Source of the DNA: Octopus bimaculoides
Taxonomy: Eukaryota
Assembly (NCBI RefSeq): GCF_001194135.2
Contig: NC_068996.1
Coordinates: 5,527,341 to 5,559,411, forward strand
Length of the DNA: 32,071 nt
Direction: 5' to 3'
A model generated the notes under the pieces. That model searched no databases, had not been told where the DNA came from, and worked only from the letters and a program-made list of their open reading frames with translations. The position numbers were made by a program, and so were the translations under genes. Below, in pieces: positions 1 to 12,968 of the stretch (the stretch's first letter is position 1; each line of letters starts with the position of its first letter).

Positions 1-64
<64 letters not shown>

Positions 65-300
65 CTGTATATATCTTTGTGTCTCTGTTTGTTCCCCACT
101 ACCGCTTGACAACCGGAGCTGGTGTGTTAACGTCTCCGTAACCTAGTGGTTCGGCAAAAGAGATCGATAGAATGAGTACCAAAGCAAAACAAGTAAGTAC
201 TGGGGTTGTATTCCTTCGGCTGAAAATTCTGCAAAGCGGTGCCCCAGCATAGCCGCAGTCTAATAACTGAAACAAGAAAAATATAAAATGATAAAAGAAA
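1..300 (+). mobile_element. SINE family A, 3' half preceded by its internal (AC)n(AT)n microsatellite
   Basis: After the microsatellite, CCGCTTGACAACCG...GCTGGTGTGTT...GCGGTGCCCCAGCAT...ACTGAAACAAG aligns with the 3' halves at 14230-14450 and 26380-26553. Confidence 0.75.
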
Positions 301-1002
301 AGTATTGAATAGGCAAGTCTTCATTCAAATCAAGCATTGAAAAGACGTGATGAGACAATTTAAAACGAAATTTCTTTCGGTGAATATTCCTANNNNNNNN
401 NNNNNNNNNNNNNNNNNNNNNNNNNNNNNNNNNNNNNNNNNNNNNNNNNNNNNNNNNNNNNNNNNNNNNNNNNNNNNNNNNNNNNNNNNNNNNNNNNNNN
501 NNNNNNNNNNNNNNNNNNNNNNNNNNNNNNNNNNNNNNNNNNNNNNNNNNNNNNNNNNNNNNNNNNNNNNNNNNNNNNNNNNNNNNNNNNNNNNNNNNNN
601 NNNNNNNNNNNNNNNNNNNNNNNNNNNNNNNNNNNNNNNNNNNNNNNNNNNNNNNNNNNNNNNNNNNNNNNNNNNNNNNNNNNNNNNNNNNNNNNNNNNN
701 NNNNNNNNNNNNNNNNNNNNNNNNNNNNNNNNNNNNNNNNNNNNNNNNNNNNNNNNNNNNNNNNNNNNNNNNNNNNNNNNNNNNNNNNNNNNNNNNNNNN
801 NNNNNNNNNNNNNNNNNNNNNNNNNNNNNNNNNNNNNNNNNNNNNNNNNNNNNNNNNNNNNNNNNNNNNNNNNNNNNNNNNNNNNNNNNNNNNNNNNNNN
901 NNNNNNNNNNNNNNNNNNNNNNNNNNNNNNNNNNNNNNNNNNNNNNNNNNNNNNNNNNNNNNNNNNNNNNNNNNNNNNNNNNNNNNNNNNNNNNNNNNNN
1001 NN

Positions 1003-1318
1003 TGGCACCTTGGGCAAGTGTCTTCTACTATACCCTCGAGCCGACCAAAGCCTTGTGAGGGGATTTGGTAGACGGAAACTGAAAGAAGCCCGTCGTATAT
1101 ATGTATATATATGTGCGTGTGTGTGTATGTGTGTGTGTGTGTGTGTGTCCCACCATCATCGCTTGACAAGCGATGCTGGTGTGTTTACGTCCCCGTAATC
1201 TAGAATAAGTACTAGGCTTACAAAAATAAGTCTTGGGATCGATTTGCTCGACTAAAAAGGCGGTGCTCCAGCATGACCACAGTCAATTGACTGAAACAAG
1301 TAAAAGAGTCAAAGAGTA
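1003..1318 (+). mobile_element. SINE family A copy; head lost in the gap, ~25-bp internal deletion
   Basis: GGCACCTTGGGCAAGTGTCTTCTACTATA...GAAAGAAGCCCGTCGTATATA, then (TG)n, then the 3' module ending GACTGAAACAAGTAAAAGAGT. Near-colinear with 14042-14450. Confidence 0.9.
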
Positions 1319-1959
1319 ACAATATATTTTGATTCCGAAGACCTGTGCTCAAAAGTATTCAGCCAAGTACATAACGTCTTTCAGACGGTTTGTTCAGATC
1401 AAGTATATCTAGGACTAACTTATGCAATGTCCCTCTTGTTCGTTTTTAAAGACGGCGATTGATTTGAAGAGTATTAAGCTATTTCTAATTGAATAAACGA
1501 CCATGTTTTTTAGGCCCAGGAAGTATTGTCACAGACCCACTTTGATTAAGGGTAAATATCATGAAAGATGGCCTAGTTTGTAGCCAGAGGCATGATGGGT
1601 TTGGAGTGGAATTTAGTTGTTGTTTTTAGTAGTCCGAATAACCACGTAGAAATTCTATCCTTAGCCCGTGGTTTCAATTCTTTCTGTAGTGAGTGGGAGA
1701 CTGGCTACACACGCACACTTTCACGCACGCTCACACATGAACAGACGCACGCACACATATGCATAAGAGCGCGCACACACATGTACACGAGCGCAAGCGC
1801 ACACGCGCGCGCACACTCAGACTGAAGCATACACATGCACGACTTTTGATTCGCTTAATGGATTGAGAATGGATCGTCTGGAATGTTGGATAACCATAGA
1901 GTGCCGTATTAATATGTCATTCATGAATGACATGTTGTAAACGTTTTCCTTTGTAGAGT

Positions 1960-2145
1960 AAGAGTACAAAGGGGAGAGGGAGAGAGAGAGAGAGAGAGAG
2001 GGGGAGAGGGAGGAGAGAGAGACAAAGAGAGAGAGAGACAAAGAGAGAGAGAGAGACAAAGAGAGAGAGAGAGACAAAGAGAGAGAGAGAGGCAAAGAGA
2101 GAGAGAGAGAGACAAAGAGAGAGAGAGAGACAAAGAGACAGAGTG
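1960..2145. repeat. Compound (GA)n repeat with a 16-18-bp higher-order unit (GA)nCAAA
   Basis: GAGAGAGAGAGACAAA-type unit repeated about 7 times, read directly. Confidence 0.9.
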
Positions 2146-3309
2146 AACGTGCGTGCATGGGAAGAATAAACATTAAAACAGAATAAAGGCAGAGAGAGAG
2201 AAAGGGGAGATAAGTGTGTAATAGTGTAGAGAGGATGAGAGACGAAACGGTAGGAAGGAGGAACCGATGTAGGGTGTCGGTAAAGGGAAGAAAACAGCGT
2301 GCGATGGGGCTTGGCAGGGCGAGGAAGTGGGACTTGGGAAAATTAATAAAGGAGAGCGATAACAGAAATAATTTCTTAATGAACGATACATGATGAATGC
2401 GGAGAAAATAAGAGTAAAAAAAAGAATATAAAGATATAAATGAACGAAAGAGCAAAGGAAAGGAAATATATAATGAAAGGTTTAATGAATGAAAGAAACA
2501 GACGATGTGGGTGAGGGAGCGTAAACGATGGAGAGGTTTTTCAGAGGGAGATAACAAGTGTTTGTAAGTTAGGTGCAAATAATAGTTAGACAGAGATTGA
2601 GGAAGTGGGAGAAGTGGACCAAATGTCAGAGAGAGAGAGAGAGGGGGGAGCGGAGGAGGAAATGGGAAAGGAAGAGAGCAAGACAAAGGAAGGCGGAAAA
2701 AAGTATGGAGGTATTGAGTAAAGAGGGAAAAAGCCAGAGAAGAGGAAATGTGTTTGAAAACAAAAAGAAAAAAAAACAGTATTATATCGGCAAGTGGGGA
2801 TGAAATATGTGAATGAGAGAGGAAGAAAGAGATAGGCAGAGAAAGAGAGATAGAGAGAGAGAGAGATGGAGGATGGGAGAGAGTGACTGAAAGTATGTTG
2901 TAAAAAAAGAGTAAAATATTGTAGAATATGTCTTGTGAATGGAAAGACCGGCTGGATAATATATACCTCGAAGTGCCAGAATTATTATGCCTGAAAAATA
3001 AAAAAATAAAAAAATAAGCAACATGGTCGCTCATAGCTAGAACGCTCTTACGCATAGATCTCCTCGGTCAAGAACTGACTTGGAGCTAGTGGACATCACC
3101 GAATGTTTTGTGATTTTTGGTTAGTAAAAATGCAAAGACGTTCTCAGTTAAAAACCTCTTCGGCATGAATCAATTTTGATTTTTCATCTATATCAATCAG
3201 TATCCATAAAACAATGAAACACAGCTAAATAATCTCAGTCTTCGTCTTTTATTATAAATCCATTTATTACTTTATACACACGCAAAGTGCACAAGTATCT
3301 CAGGTCACC

Positions 3310-4080
3310 TTAAACCAACAAAGACACCTACTCTGCCGATGCCCCTTCCATTATCTTCCAAATTTTTTTTTGCTTTTGATCTAGTCTCTATACTACCTCA
3401 AATCTTCTCTACATATTTTCGATCTGTTCTTTAGAAACGAGCTTCAGTGTATCGCATTTCCAAGAAATTCAAATTCTGTTGGTCCTTATAATTATCGCCC
3501 TATCACGCTTGCTTCCAATATCCCTAAGTTAATTGAAACACTCATTAACCACAATGTTCTACAATACCTCGAACCTTCCCTTCTCTTTGACAAACACTTG
3601 TTCGGCTTCTGTAAGGTAAGATTCACTCGTGACCTATCCTCTTATGTCACCTATCTTTGGCGAAAGTTATGTTGTCGTTCTTTAACATCAACAAACGTTT
3701 CGCCGAGTCTACCTGACTTTCGACTTCACTTATTTTTCATCTGTTGAATTAAGAACTTCCTATCAGATCGCTCTATCACGGAATGTATTCGCGGAGCTCT
3801 CTGGTTTTCCATATCTCCAACTCTGGTGTATCACGTGGTTCGATTTTGTCTCTCGCACCGTTTCTATAATGGCCTATAATGCAATTCTATAATGCAGTGA
3901 CCAACAAGGTCTACTCTTATGCCGATGATAAAACCCCTCATTCTTCTGTAACCTTTCGTAACAATGCGTCATTCACATGCAGCTTAGACCACGTGTCAAG
4001 CCCATACCGATTCCATGAACAGAAACCGTGAAAGCATCCTCCAATGGGCATTTGCCAATCTTGTGTCGTTCAACGCAAAA
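3310..4080 (+). pseudogene. Decayed reverse-transcriptase region of a CR1/Jockey-group non-LTR retrotransposon
   Basis: Manual translation across frameshifts gives KRASVYRISKK / NSVGPYNYRPITLASNIPKLIETLINHNVLQYLEPSLLFDKHLFGFCKVRFTRDLSSYVTYLW / IKNFLSDRSI / NSGVSRGSILS / VYSYADD (YADD codons 3918-3929) / WAFANLVSFNAK. These are the canonical NYRPI, QxGFR, GVPQGS and YADD RT motifs in order. Confidence 0.85.
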
Positions 4081-5286
4081 GTGTATTTCCAAATGTCATG
4101 GTATATCCTGGAAATAGGAAGGGACTGAAAGATTTAACAATTATAGGGTTAGCTAAAGGGCACAATGCCGATAATGGACGAGACATCGTCAGGGGCGGTA
4201 TTCTTGTTAGGCTGTAGTGACCGAAGATACTTTTGCGCTTGACGTGTGTGTATTCCAATGTGAATGGATTTAAAATAAAAGACGAAAAGTGTTTAATTAG
4301 CAAATTCCCGATCAAAGCCATTCTAATCTCGACTATCCTCACTTTTAGGCAGAGTGTTACCCATGATTTTATTATTTAATGTGTTTTATTTTCCTGACAA
4401 TGAAACACGAATTAAGAGAAATTTATCTGCTATTTATACAGGGTCAAGAGACAACGTGGGAAACGGCACCTCGTTGATACATGTGCTTATATTGTTCATG
4501 TTGTCGTTCGGTCCCAAATCAACTGTCATTGAGGAAACCAATGATCAAAGGCAATCCAGCCGTGACCATCCCGGTCATTTGGAGGGGCATGTAGGATTTG
4601 ACTGAGTTATTAGAGCATTGCACAGAAACTTTGAAGTCTTTGAACCGGTTCTCGTTGCATTGAGTTCAAATCCCATTAAAATCAACATGACCTTAAAATA
4701 GCACAGCCAAGTGCTGAGGAAATAGAGAATCATTTCTCTCCTTCATCCCACCCCTACTTTCTCTCTCTCGGAATCGGATACTTTGAACGGAGCACGAAAA
4801 AGTCGTGCAGCAATCCTTTCTCCACCTTTCTCTAAACTTGCTAGAAAGATTAACTTTATATATCTTGTATTTAAAACGGCCGTGTGTGACATGAAAATAA
4901 TTTGACCGCTATTTCTAGCATTTCGAATAACCACTTAAAATCACCTTGTTGGCTTATGTGTCTTGTTTATGTTAAAAATCATTGGTAGATTGAGGAGAGT
5001 TGTGTTTCCCAAAGTCGTTTCTAAGGGACATCAGGATCCTATGAAAAGTGCTGAAGTTTCGCAAGATACAATTTATTATAATAGTTAATAAAATAATTAT
5101 TAGAGATGGAAGCAGCATTAATATCAAAAAGCAATCATTATAGCCAACTTAAAGTAGATGTATTGATAGAACACCGAAAACTGCATTATTTGTGACGACA
5201 AAACCTCTCATGCATGGTCCATAAAAGTACACATTTATTTCGTTGTCAGAGGAAAATCGGCTGCAACGGGTGCCGGTACTGCCCGG

Positions 5287-5505
5287 TCACGTGATTTTGT
5301 TGAACCTCCATCTCTTCAGTGGAAGACGTCCGTTAGCTGCACACAATCAAATCTCACTGTCAGTGATATATATAATTCCTGATGTCGCTGATAGCCAACA
5401 GGCTTATTAAAGAGAAATTCCATATATCGTTGGTAGTGAGATTTTGCAGTATGCGGCTACCGGACGTCTCCCACTGAAGAGACGGAACACATCAAAATCC
5501 TGTGA
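5287..5505. repeat. Imperfect long inverted repeat (foldback, MITE-like); arms ~5287-5380 and ~5413-5505
   Basis: Core 5308-5358 matches the reverse complement of 5435-5485 at 42/51 positions without gaps. Similarity continues outward and inward, leaving a loop of ~32 nt. Confidence 0.8.
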
Positions 5506-5729
5506 TTCTCATCTACCAGTGATATGTGTGGTTTTTATGTACTACGCATCCATTTGAGATGTCTCCTCAAAGTAAATAATGCAGAATTCAGTGCTAGAAC
5601 AAAACATTTACGTTAAGATGGATATAAAGATTGCCTTTTAATAAAAATATTTTTTAAATATCTATAAAAACATAACAGTGACCATTTTCTAAATAGCTCT
5701 ATTGTACATTCTTTATAATGAATGAAATC

Positions 5730-5845
5730 TCGCTCTCTCTCTTTCTCACTCTCTCTCTCTTTCTCGCTCTCTCTCTTTCTCGCTCTCTCTCTTTCTCGCT
5801 CTCTCTCTCTCTCGCTCTCTCTTTACCTCTCTCTTTCGCTCTCTT
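5730..5845. repeat. (CT)n repeat with a 16-bp unit CTCTCTCTCTTTCTCG
   Basis: Unit read directly, several copies. Confidence 0.85.
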
Positions 5846-6475
5846 GCTGATGCAATTTCTATGTGATTTTATGTCTTATCCATCTCTTAAGCATGCCTTA
5901 TTCATATAAACGATGAAGGTAGAATTGTCTGACTGCCGGACCATGTGGCTACCGATATTGCCTCTGGTTCCTTACAATCTGAGTTCAAATTAGTCTTAAG
6001 TCAACTAATCTTTTCTTATTTTCATCGTTTTACCACAGAAATAAAGACAATAAGGACAAGTTAAAAATCGAGGATAATTACATTGACTTAACCTTTTCCA
6101 AAAAAATATCAGGAGTTTTCATTATGTTAGAAATGATATTACTGAAAAGATGTTTAATATGTAAAATATAAGTTATGGGTTCCGTAACTCTTCGAAATTC
6201 GTAAATTGGTATCCACGAGCAAGAGGAATCAGTGTTGTAGAATAAAAGACAACAGGCTTCGCCTGACAGGTTATGTTCCGTTAATCCAAATATCACAGAG
6301 GTTGATGTTTCTTTCCATCATGTCCTCCAGATAACGACAACGCTATTGCCCCACGGCAGGTTGGCTCCTGCGCATTCGTTCGCCCTATTCTTGAGATTAA
6401 CAACTGTAGATTTCCTTTGACAACATATCATAATATAATCCACCCCTAAAACATAATGAAGTACAAGGGTATGGT

Positions 6476-6738
6476 GGAGGCGAGTCGTTTAGTGGTTAGG
6501 GATGTTGGACTCATGATCGTAAGATTGCGGTTTCGATTCTTGGACTGGGCAATGCGTTGTATTCTTGAGCAAAACACTTCATTTCACGTTGCTCCAGTCC
6601 ACTCAGCTGGTAAAAATGAGTAATCCTGCAACGGACCGGTGTCTCGTCCAGGTGGGGAATATACGTAGACACCATGGAAACTGGAAAACCGGCTCTTATG
6701 AGTCTATGTGACTCGGAAGAGAATTTTACTTCACTTTA
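6476..6738 (+). mobile_element. SINE family B2: tRNA-like head plus a central domain resembling V/Meta-type SINEs
   Basis: Head TGGAGGCG...AGTGGTTAGGG...TTGCGGTTTCGATTC is shared with 14618 and 28377 and has A- and B-box-like motifs. It is followed by CTTGAGCAAAACACTT...AATGAGTAATCCTGCAACGGACCGGTGTCTCGTCCAGG and a TTAC-like tail. Superfamily assignment is from recall. Confidence 0.7.
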
Positions 6739-6884
6739 CTTACTAGAGTATGAAGATACTACAAGTGAGAGGAACAGGTTGAGGTAGTAGACCAAAGAAA
6801 TATCAGAGCATGAGCAAAAAAGAAAAAAATCAATAGAATGGAATCGCGGAGAATAAGGAACGAATAAGTTAGAATAAAGGGAAC

Positions 6885-6912
6885 TTACAGAGAGAGAGAG
6901 AGAGACAGACAT

Positions 6913-6945
<33 letters not shown>

Positions 6946-9900
6946 GACAAACAAACAGACAGGCAGACAGGGAGAGGGGGGAGATAGAGGAGAGGAGAGA
7001 CAGTGGGAGAGAGGAGAGAGTGAGAGAGAGAGAAAGAGAAAGAGAGGGGCATAGAGAAAGATAGGGGAGAGAGGGAGAGAGAAAGGGAGAGAGAGGGGAT
7101 GGGGGTGGAAAGAGAGGGGGAGAGAGAAAGAGAGGGAGAGAAGGCAGAGAGACTAACAGACAATGACAGAATCAGACAGACAAGCAGACAGACAGGCAGA
7201 CAGACAGGCAGACAGACAAAGTGTGTGTGTGTGTGAGAGCGAGTGTATGCGTGTGAGTGTATATCTGTGTGGATGTGTGTGTGTGAGTGTGAATGTGTGT
7301 CTATGTGTGTGCGTGAGTGTGTGCATGAATGTGTGTGTGTGAATGTGTGTGTGTGTATGTGTGTGTGACACACAGACAGACAGAGAGTGGGAGAGTGAGA
7401 GAAAACAGAGCAAAAAAGCAATGATAAAGTTAAAGAAAGTATAACGGAAAGGGAGGAAGAGGGTGGGAAGAGGGTGGGANNNNNNNNNNNNNNNNNNNNN
7501 NNNNNNNNNNNNNNNNNNNNNNNNNNNNNNNNNNNNNNNNNNNNNNNNNNNNNNNNNNNNNNNNNNNNNNNNNNNNNNNNNNNNNNNNNNNNNNNNNNNN
7601 NNNNNNNNNNNNNNNNNNNNNNNNNNNNNNNNNNNNNNNNNNNNNNNNNNNNNNNNNNNNNNNNNNNNNNNNNNNNNNNNNNNNNNNNNNNNNNNNNNNN
7701 NNNNNNNNNNNNNNNNNNNNNNNNNNNNNNNNNNNNNNNNNNNNNNNNNNNNNNNNNNNNNNNNNNNNNNNNNNNNNNNNNNNNNNNNNNNNNNNNNNNN
7801 NNNNNNNNNNNNNNNNNNNNNNNNNNNNNNNNNNNNNNNNNNGTGTGTGTGTATGTGTGTGTGACACACAGACAGACAGAGAGTGGGAGAGTGAGAGAAA
7901 ACAGAGCAAAAAAGCAATGATAGTTAAAGAAAGTATAACGGAAAGGGAGGAAGAGGGTGGGAAGAGGGTGGGAAGAGGGTGGGAAGAGGGTGGGAAGGAA
8001 AAAGAGGACAAGACGGGGAAAGAGACGAGAGAATGAGATAATGTAGGAGGAAAGGAAGGTGGAGGAATTTATGGGGTGCAGTGGGGTGGGCGGAGGAAGG
8101 GAAAGATTAGAAAGGTCAAGAAATTAGGGAGAAAGAAGAAGGAAAGAAGGAGAGGATAGCACTAAGACACGCGCATGTGCGTGCGTGTGTGTGTGTATGT
8201 GTGAGTATCTGTATGTGTGAGTGTGTGTGTGTATGTGAGTGAGTGTGTGTATGTGAGTGAGTGTGTGTGTGAGTGAGCGTGAGAGTGTGAGAGTGTGTGC
8301 GTGAGTGTATGCGTGAGTGTGTATGCATGTGTATGTGTGTATGTGTGTGTGTTTGAGTGTGTGTGTGTTTGTGAGCGTGTATGCGTGTGTGTGTGTGTGT
8401 ATGTGTGTGCGTGAGTGTGCATGCATGTGTATGTGTGTATGTGTGTGTGTTTGAGTGTGTGTATGTATGCGTGTATGTGTGAGTGAGCGTGTATGCATGT
8501 TTATGTGTTTGCGTGAGTGTGTATGCATGTGTATGTGTGTATGTGTGTGTGTTTGAGTGTGTGTGTGTGTTTTTGAGTTTGTGTGTGAGTGAGCGTGTTC
8601 GTGTGAGTGTGTGTGAGTGTATATGTGTGTGTATGTGTATGTATGCGTGTGTGTGTAATAAGTTAGAGATAGAATATTTTGAGAGGAGACTGTAAAAAAA
8701 TTATGGAAGAGAGTTAAGGGAGAAAAAGAAAGGGAGGACGATGAGGAGGAGAAGGAGAAGGAAGAGAGCAACGTGGATGGGGAGGAGGAGGAGGAGGAGG
8801 AGGAGAAGAAGAGGGAAGGGAACAACGAGGTGGAGGAGGAGGAAGAGATGAGGAAGAGAAATGAAAAGAGAGATAGAGATGTCAAAGTTGAATAAACAGA
8901 GACAAGAGAGACAAAGAGAGAGAAAGCGAGACAGAGACAGAGAGTGAGAGAGAGAGAGAGAGAGAGAAGGAAGGGGGAGGAGGGATAATCATGATAATGA
9001 TAGAGAAGAAAGAGAAGAAAAGGAGTAGTAATAGTAGTAAAATTGGAAGAAGAAGAAGTAGAAGAAGAAGAAGAAGAAGAAGAAGAAGAAGAAGAAGAGG
9101 AGGGGAGGAGAAGGAAAAAGAAAATGAGAAAAAGGAGAGAATGAAAACGGAACACAAGTTTGAATAAACAGAGAGGAAAGAGGGACAAGGAGAAGAAAGT
9201 GAGACAGAGAGAAAGAGAGAGAGGGAGAGAAAGAAAGAAGGAAGGATGAGGAGGGATAATGATGATGATGATGATAAAGAAGAAAGAGAAAGAAAGTATG
9301 ATGAAGTATCATGAAGAAGAAAGAGGAGGAAAGTAGAAGTAGTAGTAGTAAAATTAGAAGAAGAAGAAGAAGAAGAATAAGAAGGAGGAGGAGGAAGAGG
9401 AGGAGGAGGGGAGAAGAAGGAGAAAGAAAACGAGAAAAGGAGAGAATGAAAGCAGAACACAAGAGTTGGAAAACCGAGAAAAAAAAGCTGTGTCGAAGTT
9501 GAATGAGCAGAGAGAAAGAGGGAAAGAAAGAGAGAGAGAGAGAGAGGGGGGAGGAAGGCGGGAAGAGAGATCGAGAAAGGAATGGAAGAAAGTAAGGAGT
9601 CCTCCTAATAAGAGGAAATCGTGAAAGAATTTTAAGAAATAAATAAAAGCTTGTAAAAAAAAACAAAAAACAAATGAAATAAAATGGAAGAAAAAATTTA
9701 AAGCGAAAAAACTAAAATCAAAAGAAAAGTTTCCGTCAGTGAAAGGGCTGTAGAGAAAAAATATTGGAAAATAAGGGAGTTACAAATATATGAATGAAAA
9801 AGACGAAGATTATTCATAAAAACTAAGGAGTAACGAACGTGTGAGAAAAGTGGGTTTTAATGAAAGCCGTAAAAGGGAAACAAGAGAGAGAGAGAAAGGA

Positions 9901-10102
9901 AGAGAGGTTATGACTGAGAGAGCGAGAGAGAGAGAGAGTGATAGAAGAAAAGGGAAGTGAGGGAGAGAGAGAGAGAAAGGCAGAAAAAGGGAGGTGGAGA
10001 TTGGGTGTGAGAGCGAGATGCAGAAAGATGGTGAGATATCAACCAATGAAATGTTGAGAATATATCGTGTATCAGAATACTATGTGTGTGTGTTTGTGTG
10101 TT

Positions 10103-10153
<51 letters not shown>

Positions 10154-10470
10154 GTGTAGCTATGCGTGTGTGTTTATGTATATGTATATGTACTCACGCG
10201 TGTGCACAGACACACATACACACATGCACATATCTATATGCATATACACATACTTATAAACACATAAGTTTGTGTGCTTCAATGTACACAGAAAGAGACG
10301 GGGAGAGAGAGAGAGAGGGAGAAATAGACAGACAAAGAGAGAGAGAGAGAAAAAAAGAGAGAGAGAGAGAGACACTGACAGGGAGGGTAAGGGAGAAGGT
10401 GAGAGGGAGTGAGAGAAATGAGATGCAAAGAGACGGAAAAAAGCAGGAACTGGTGGAAAAAAAAAAGAAT
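6885..10470. repeat. 3.6-kb mosaic of simple repeats: (GA)n, (GACA)n, (TG)n, (GAA)n, (GGA)n, strongly purine-biased on + outside the TG blocks
   Basis: Read directly; includes the N-gap at 7480-7842. Confidence 0.9.
8885..9460. repeat. Two diverged tandem units (~271 and ~305 bp) built from microsatellite modules, with a partial third start at ~9496
   Basis: Anchors AAGTT(T)GAATAAACAGAG, GGAGGGATAAT, GTAGTAAAATT(G/A)GAAGAAG and GGAGAGAATGAAA.C.GAACAC recur in the same order at 8885-9155 and 9156-9460. Confidence 0.8.
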
Positions 10471-10596
10471 TGAAGATTAATTAGTTTGTGAAAGTGTATG
10501 CACACATACACACATATATAATTATATACACACGCATACACATACGCGCATGCACCTACACGCGCTCACACATTCATATGTTTACAAATACACACA

Positions 10597-10630
<34 letters not shown>

Positions 10631-11739
10631 NNNNNNNNNNNNNNNNNNNNNNNNNNNNNNNNNNNNNNNNNNNNNNNNNNNNNNNNNNNNNNNNNNNNNN
10701 NNNNNNNNNNNNNNNNNNNNNNNNNNNNNNNNNNNNNNNNNNNNNNNNNNNNNNNNNNNNNNNNNNNNNNNNNNNNNNNNNNNNNNNNNNNNNNNNNNNN
10801 NNNNNNNNNNNNNNNNNNNNNNNNNNNNNNNNNNNNNNNNNNNNNNNNNNNNNNNNNNNNNNNNNNNNNNNNNNNNNNNNNNNNNNNNNNNNNNNNNNNN
10901 NNNNNNNNNNNNNNNNNNNNNNNNNNNNNNNNNNNNNNNNNNNNNNNNNNNNNNNNNNNNNNNNNNNNNNNNNNNNNNNNNNNNNNNNNNNNNNNNNNNN
11001 NNNNNNNNNNNNNNNNNNNNNNNNNNNNNNNNNNNNNNNNNNNNNNNNNNNNNNNNNNNNNNNNNNNNNNNNNNNNNNNNNNNNNNNNNNNNNNNNNNNN
11101 NNNNNNNNNNNNNNNNNNNNNNNNNNNNNNNNNNNNNNNNNNNNNNNNNNNNNNNNNNNNNNNNNNNNNNNNNNNNNNNNNNNNNNNNNNNNNNNNNNNN
11201 NNNNNNNNNNNNNNNNNNNNNNNNNNNNNNNNNNNNNNNNNNNNNNNNNNNNNNNNNNNNNNNNNNNNNNNNNNNNNNNNNNNNNNNNNNNNNNNNNNNN
11301 NNNNNNNNNNNNNNGACGGCATCAATGTGCACCGGCCCCCCCCTCACTGATATGAGGCCCCGCTTGCTAGATCAACTGATTATTAAACAAAGCTCAATAT
11401 TTCTCTAGCCATCGCTCATCGTCTCTTTTTAACCAAATCCAGTGGCTAGCCTTCTCCACTGTATTTTGGATATCGGTCATGGTGGTATTTACCTTACGAT
11501 GAGTTAGGCCTAACGATAACAGCAATTATTTCCTGTTGACTTTTTCAGGCACGTGGGATTTGAACACAGAATATGTATATACACTCACTACACGCTTTCC
11601 TTACTTTATTCCGCTCCATTATTCTTTTCCCTTCTTAATTTTCCCATGGAAATCTTGTTGAACTCCCAGACATTACATCCTGACTCTTTACGACCTGAGA
11701 TCGTGTCCCACCGTGATTATCTTTTCTTTGCTGTCTTGG

Positions 11740-11900
11740 GGAGCGAATACAGACACAAAGACATACACACGGTTCCTGTCTACAACGCTTTGGTCGGCCC
11801 CTGACTTTAGAAGAAGACACTTCTCGAAGGTGCCGCGCGGCGGGACTGAAACCGGAACAATGTGTTTGGGAAGCAAACGTCTTACCACATTGCTAAGCCT
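11740..11900 (-). mobile_element. Diverged SINE family A head and CORE-like segment
   Basis: Reverse complement reads GTGGTAAGACGTTTGCTTCCCAAACACATTGTTCCGGTTTCAGTCCCGCCGCGCGGCACCTTCGAGAAGTGTCTTC...GGCCGACCAAAGCGTTGT, matching 14042-14150. Confidence 0.75.
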
Positions 11901-12199
11901 ATGTAAACTCTGTTTATTATTTTTTAATTATTAACCATTTCTATTATAATTATCCCTATCATTCCATCGCTTCACCTTTGCTACACCAGCATATATTTTT
12001 CTAACCTCCCACACATTGTGCCCTTTATCAATCACCCATTCACCACCCACTCTCTCTGTGTTTAAAGCTGTTTTCTAGAACCAATCACGTATCTCACCCC
12101 CTCTCTATCTGAACTGGTCTCACCACTTTTATCTCTCCTGCTCTTGACCAGGATGATACATAATGCACCTAATTTTACTTCTGCAGGTAACGCCATCGC

Positions 12200-12243
<44 letters not shown>

Positions 12244-12799
12244 GTCTCTCCGCTCCCCCTCTCTCTGTCTCTCTCTCTCNNNNNNNNNNNNNNNNNNNNN
12301 NNNNNNNNNNNNNNNNNNNNNNNNNNNNNNNNNNNNNNNNNNNNNNNNNNNNNNNNNNNNNNNNNNNNNNNNNNNNNNNNNNNNNNNNNNNNNNNNNNNN
12401 NNNNNNNNNNNNNNNNNNNNNNNNNNNNNNNNNNNNNNNNNNNNNNNNNNNNNNNNNNNNNNNNNNNNNNNNNNNNNNNNNNNNNNNNNNNNNNNNNNNN
12501 NNNNNNNNNNNNNNNNNNNNNNNNNNNNNNNNNNNNCTCTCTCTCTCTCCACTCCCCTCTCTCTCTCTCTGTCTCCCTCTCTCTCTGTCCCCCTCTCTCT
12601 CTTGTTTTAACCTTCTCGATCTATTATTTCTTTAAACTTTCTGCTTTCACTTTTGCTTCCTCACATCTTCCTTAACCACTTTCTTCCCTTAATTTATTTT
12701 CTTCCCTTTTTCTTCATCTTTTTTTCTTCGTTCTCCTTCCATTCCTCTTTTCCTTCACTTTTTCTTCACTTCTTCATTCATCCCGACTCTTCAGTTCAC

Positions 12800-12937
12800 A
12801 TGCTCTTCTTTACTTTGGCTTTCTTCTCCTTTCCTTTCTTCTTTCTTTCTCTCTTTGTTTGTTTGTTTCTTCCTTTCTTTCTTTCTTTCTTTCTTTCTCT
12901 CTTTTTTTCTTTCTTTCTTTCTTTCTTTCTTCTTTCT

Positions 12938-12968
<31 letters not shown>

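Noticed and set aside
1817-3055. 412-aa ORF and the other long S/L-, H/T-, Y/I-, F/L-rich ORFs, plus ORFs crossing N-gaps
   Set aside because: They are translations of microsatellites, purine tracts or Ns, with no recognisable domain.
4070-4605. Short ORFs in unique-looking sequence as possible host exons
   Set aside because: No recognisable protein similarity or convincing splice-site pair; part overlaps a family D repeat fragment.
7343-7990. ~135-bp direct repeat on both sides of the 7480-7842 gap
   Set aside because: Nearly identical sequence flanking an N-run is typical of unmerged overlapping contig ends; probably an assembly artefact.
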